A DNA stretch of 47,721 nucleotides, from NCBI GenBank assembly GCA_039679545.1, contig JBDKUT010000160.1, positions 1 to 47,721 of the forward strand, in the 5' to 3' direction. Under the pieces are notes generated by a model. That model saw only the letters and a list, made by a program, of their open reading frames with translations, was not told where the DNA came from and ran no database searches. This stretch comes from Thermotogota bacterium. Lineage in GTDB: Bacteria; Bipolaricaulota; Bipolaricaulia; UBA7950; UBA9294. Below, one piece after another: positions 45,460-47,721 of the stretch. The position numbers and the translations under genes were made by a program. Position 1 is the stretch's first letter; the number at the start of each line of letters is the position of its first letter.

Positions 45460-46284
45460 TCATTGCTTCGGCTCCCTTCGCCCGATCCACCGCTCCATGG
45501 GCACGAGCAGTCCGCTAAGGAGCAAGCTCAGCACGGTCAGGATCAGGACGCCGGCAAAGACCGTATTCGGTGCCAACTGGCTCGAGCCTCGATTGATCAG
45601 AACGCCAACTCCTCGCTGAGCTGCGACGAACTCCCCCAAGATCGCACCCAGGACGGCGCTAGCCGAGGCCACACGCATCGCGGTCACCGTGTACGGCAGC
45701 GCTGAAGGGAAGAGGATCCGATACGTCAACTGAAGTCGGGAGGCCCCCATGACACGGGCCACATTCAGCAGCTCCTCCGAAGCGGAGTTGAGGCCCATCA
45801 CTGTGTTCACGAAGACCACAAAGAAGCACATGATGGAGGCTACGATGAGCTTGGGTGCGATCCCGAGTCCGAACCACATCACCAGGATCGGCGCGAGCGC
45901 CATCTTCGGAATGCCGTAGAAGGCTTGGATGAAAGGGAACACGACGTTGTAGAAGCGCCGGGAGAAGGGCAGGAGGCACGCCGCAAAAATCCCGGCGCCC
46001 ACTCCGATGCCGTACCCTGCAAGCACCTCGATCAACGTGCTCTGAAGGTCGGGCCAGAGGCTCCCGGATCTCGCGAACTGGACGAGTGTCCGGACAATCC
46101 CCGATGGCGTACCGCTGAATCCCTCGTCAAAGAGCGCGCCTGCGCCGAACTGCCAGAGGAGGATGACCACGGCGACGATCGTCGTTCGCAGCGTCCACTT
46201 CAGGATGTGGCGACGCCGAGCGCGGCGCTGATACAGCTCCCGCTCTGCCTCCTTGAGCTGCTCGACAAAGTCCGGGACGCTCAT
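45460..46284 (-). CDS. NitT/TauT-family ABC permease
   Basis: IPKMALAPI..WFGLG, MGAS, GAILGEFV; overlaps the ATPase stop. Confidence 0.92.
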   Translation of the reverse strand: MSVPDFVEQLKEAERELYQRRARRRHILKWTLRTTIVAVVILLWQFGAGALFDEGFSGTPSGIVRTLVQFARSGSLWPDLQSTLIEVLAGYGIGVGAGIFAACLLPFSRRFYNVVFPFIQAFYGIPKMALAPILVMWFGLGIAPKLIVASIMCFFVVFVNTVMGLNSASEELLNVARVMGASRLQLTYRILFPSALPYTVTAMRVASASAVLGAILGEFVAAQRGVGVLINRGSSQLAPNTVFAGVLILTVLSLLLSGLLVPMERWIGRREPKQ

Positions 46285-47117
46285 CGCGAGCTCCCATTGC
46301 TGGCACAGGATGCTCCGCGCCCTTGTGCGAGGATCTCCTCTCGGATGTCCTGCCAAATCTGGTCGTAGATGTGGTCGAATCCGGGCACCTCATGGATGTG
46401 GAAAGCGTCGCGCGGATGGGCCAGCGGCACGGGGTAGATGTTCTTGATCCTCCCCGGAGAGCAACTCATCACCATAACGCGATTGGCGAGGACGATGCTC
46501 TCCACGAGATCATGGGTGATGAAAACGACCGTCTGCTTCCCTTCATCCCACAGGGAGAGCAGTTGGTCCTGAAGCACGAGTCGCGTCTGAGCATCCAGAG
46601 GGCCAAACGGCTCATCCATCAAGATGACATCGGGGTTGTAGGCGAGCGTGCGGGCGATCGACACGCGCTTCCGCATCCCGCCCGACAGCTCGTGAGGGTA
46701 GTGCTGTTCAAACCCGGTCAGGCCGACCTGCCGAACGTGCTCTTCGGCCAGCCTCTCGCGATCGCGTCGAGCCACCCCTCGCACCTCAAGCGAGAACTCC
46801 ACGTTCTTGACCACCGTTCGCCATGGAAGCAGGTTGTCGTCCTGCGTCACGTAGCCGACCTGAGTGTTGATCCCGCGAATCTCGCCGCCCCTGTACAGAA
46901 CCTGTCCCGATGAAGGTTGCATCAGGCCGGCGATCAGGTTGAGGACGGTCGACTTGCCGCACCCGCTCGGGCCGACGATGGTCAGAAACTCCCCCTGGGG
47001 CACGGTGAACTCGGCGTTCTGCAGAGCAAGCATGGCGATGGGGTTTCGCTTATTCCCCGACACGAACACCTTGTACACGCCGTGCAACTCGATGATGGAC
47101 GTCTGGTGGTCTCCCAT
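46281..47117 (-). CDS. NitT/TauT-family ABC ATP-binding protein
   Basis: GPSGCGKST, LLPWRT, LSGGM, MDEPFGPLD, ITHD. Confidence 0.95.
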   Translation of the reverse strand: MGDHQTSIIELHGVYKVFVSGNKRNPIAMLALQNAEFTVPQGEFLTIVGPSGCGKSTVLNLIAGLMQPSSGQVLYRGGEIRGINTQVGYVTQDDNLLPWRTVVKNVEFSLEVRGVARRDRERLAEEHVRQVGLTGFEQHYPHELSGGMRKRVSIARTLAYNPDVILMDEPFGPLDAQTRLVLQDQLLSLWDEGKQTVVFITHDLVESIVLANRVMVMSCSPGRIKNIYPVPLAHPRDAFHIHEVPGFDHIYDQIWQDIREEILAQGRGASCASNGSSR

Positions 47118-47135
47118 GGCGGACGGATCACCTCG

Positions 47136-47721
47136 CTACAGCATCGCCTGAACTCGGCCGCCGTCGACCTGAATCGCGTTTCCGGTCATGTACGACGCAC
47201 GCTCCGATGCAAGGAAGGCCACGACGTCCCCGAACTCCTTGGGGTCGCCAATGCGCCCCATCGGGATGTCGGTCAACCACTCCGCGGCGGCCTGCTCCGA
47301 CGTGATGCCCTTCTTCTGTCCCTCCTCGGCAAAGAACTTCGCCTCGGCTTCGGTCATGTACGGACCCGGGCAGACGACGTGCACCGTGATTCCCGAGCGC
47401 GAGTACTGATTCGAGAGGATCTTCGCCAGCCCAACGACCCCCATGCGCGCGGCGCTGGACAGCACCATGTCGCCGAGCGGCTGCTTGACGGAGGTTGACG
47501 TGATGTTGATGATTCGCCCGAACCCCTGCCGCTGCATGATGGGGATCGCGTGGCGGCAGAGACGCACCACGCTTTTCATCACCAGGTCGTGCGCCACATC
47601 CCACTTCGCGTCGTCCAGTTCCGCGAACCGGCCGTGCGGTGGGGGACCGCAGTTGGTGATGAGGATGTCAATCCGTCCGAGCTGGTCGAGCAGAGACTTC
47701 ATGACCCGGTCTATGTCCTCA
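47136..47721 (-). CDS. SDR-family oxidoreductase, atypical; 5' end outside the window
   Basis: DILITNCG, GRIINITS, IPMGRIG, ASYMTG..IQVDGG; frame open to the window edge. Confidence 0.9.
   Translation of the reverse strand, partial: EDIDRVMKSLLDQLGRIDILITNCGPPPHGRFAELDDAKWDVAHDLVMKSVVRLCRHAIPIMQRQGFGRIINITSTSVKQPLGDMVLSSAARMGVVGLAKILSNQYSRSGITVHVVCPGPYMTEAEAKFFAEEGQKKGITSEQAAAEWLTDIPMGRIGDPKEFGDVVAFLASERASYMTGNAIQVDGGRVQAML

Overview
High-GC bacterial window, densely coding. No rRNA, tRNA, CRISPR array, transposase or integrase was recognised. The gene content (M1, M90, M28, M20, C69 and M24 peptidase-family genes, a four-subunit 2-oxoacid:ferredoxin oxidoreductase, an ADP-forming CoA ligase) suggests an anaerobic peptide or amino-acid fermenter; the taxon cannot be established from this window. 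The region 1-33.2 kb is a mosaic: two GNATs (one frameshifted), an MFS transporter, an M1 peptidase with a barrel-like tail, a saccharopine-dehydrogenase-family gene, a BTAD/NB-ARC regulator, a 7xPAS HD-GYP protein, a divergent Fpg/Nei, an ABC exporter, CofE-like and Y4yA-like enzymes, a 34-aa peptide/unknown/maf/panB/unknown run, glnA, and three decayed genes. From 33.3 kb to the end runs a minus-strand cluster of 15 genes that continues past the window: SDR, NitT/TauT ABC importer, three different amidohydrolases, aminotransferase, OFOR alpha/beta/gamma, SucC/SucD-like ligase and OFOR delta. It looks like a complete ATP-yielding catabolic route for an unknown amino-acid derivative. Best novelty candidates: this cluster, a promoter-preceded ~105-nt structured RNA at 1373-1480, an unannotated 34-aa peptide ending WWCGGGC, and an unknown protein translationally coupled to panB. 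All family calls rest on motifs recognised by eye; no searches were run.
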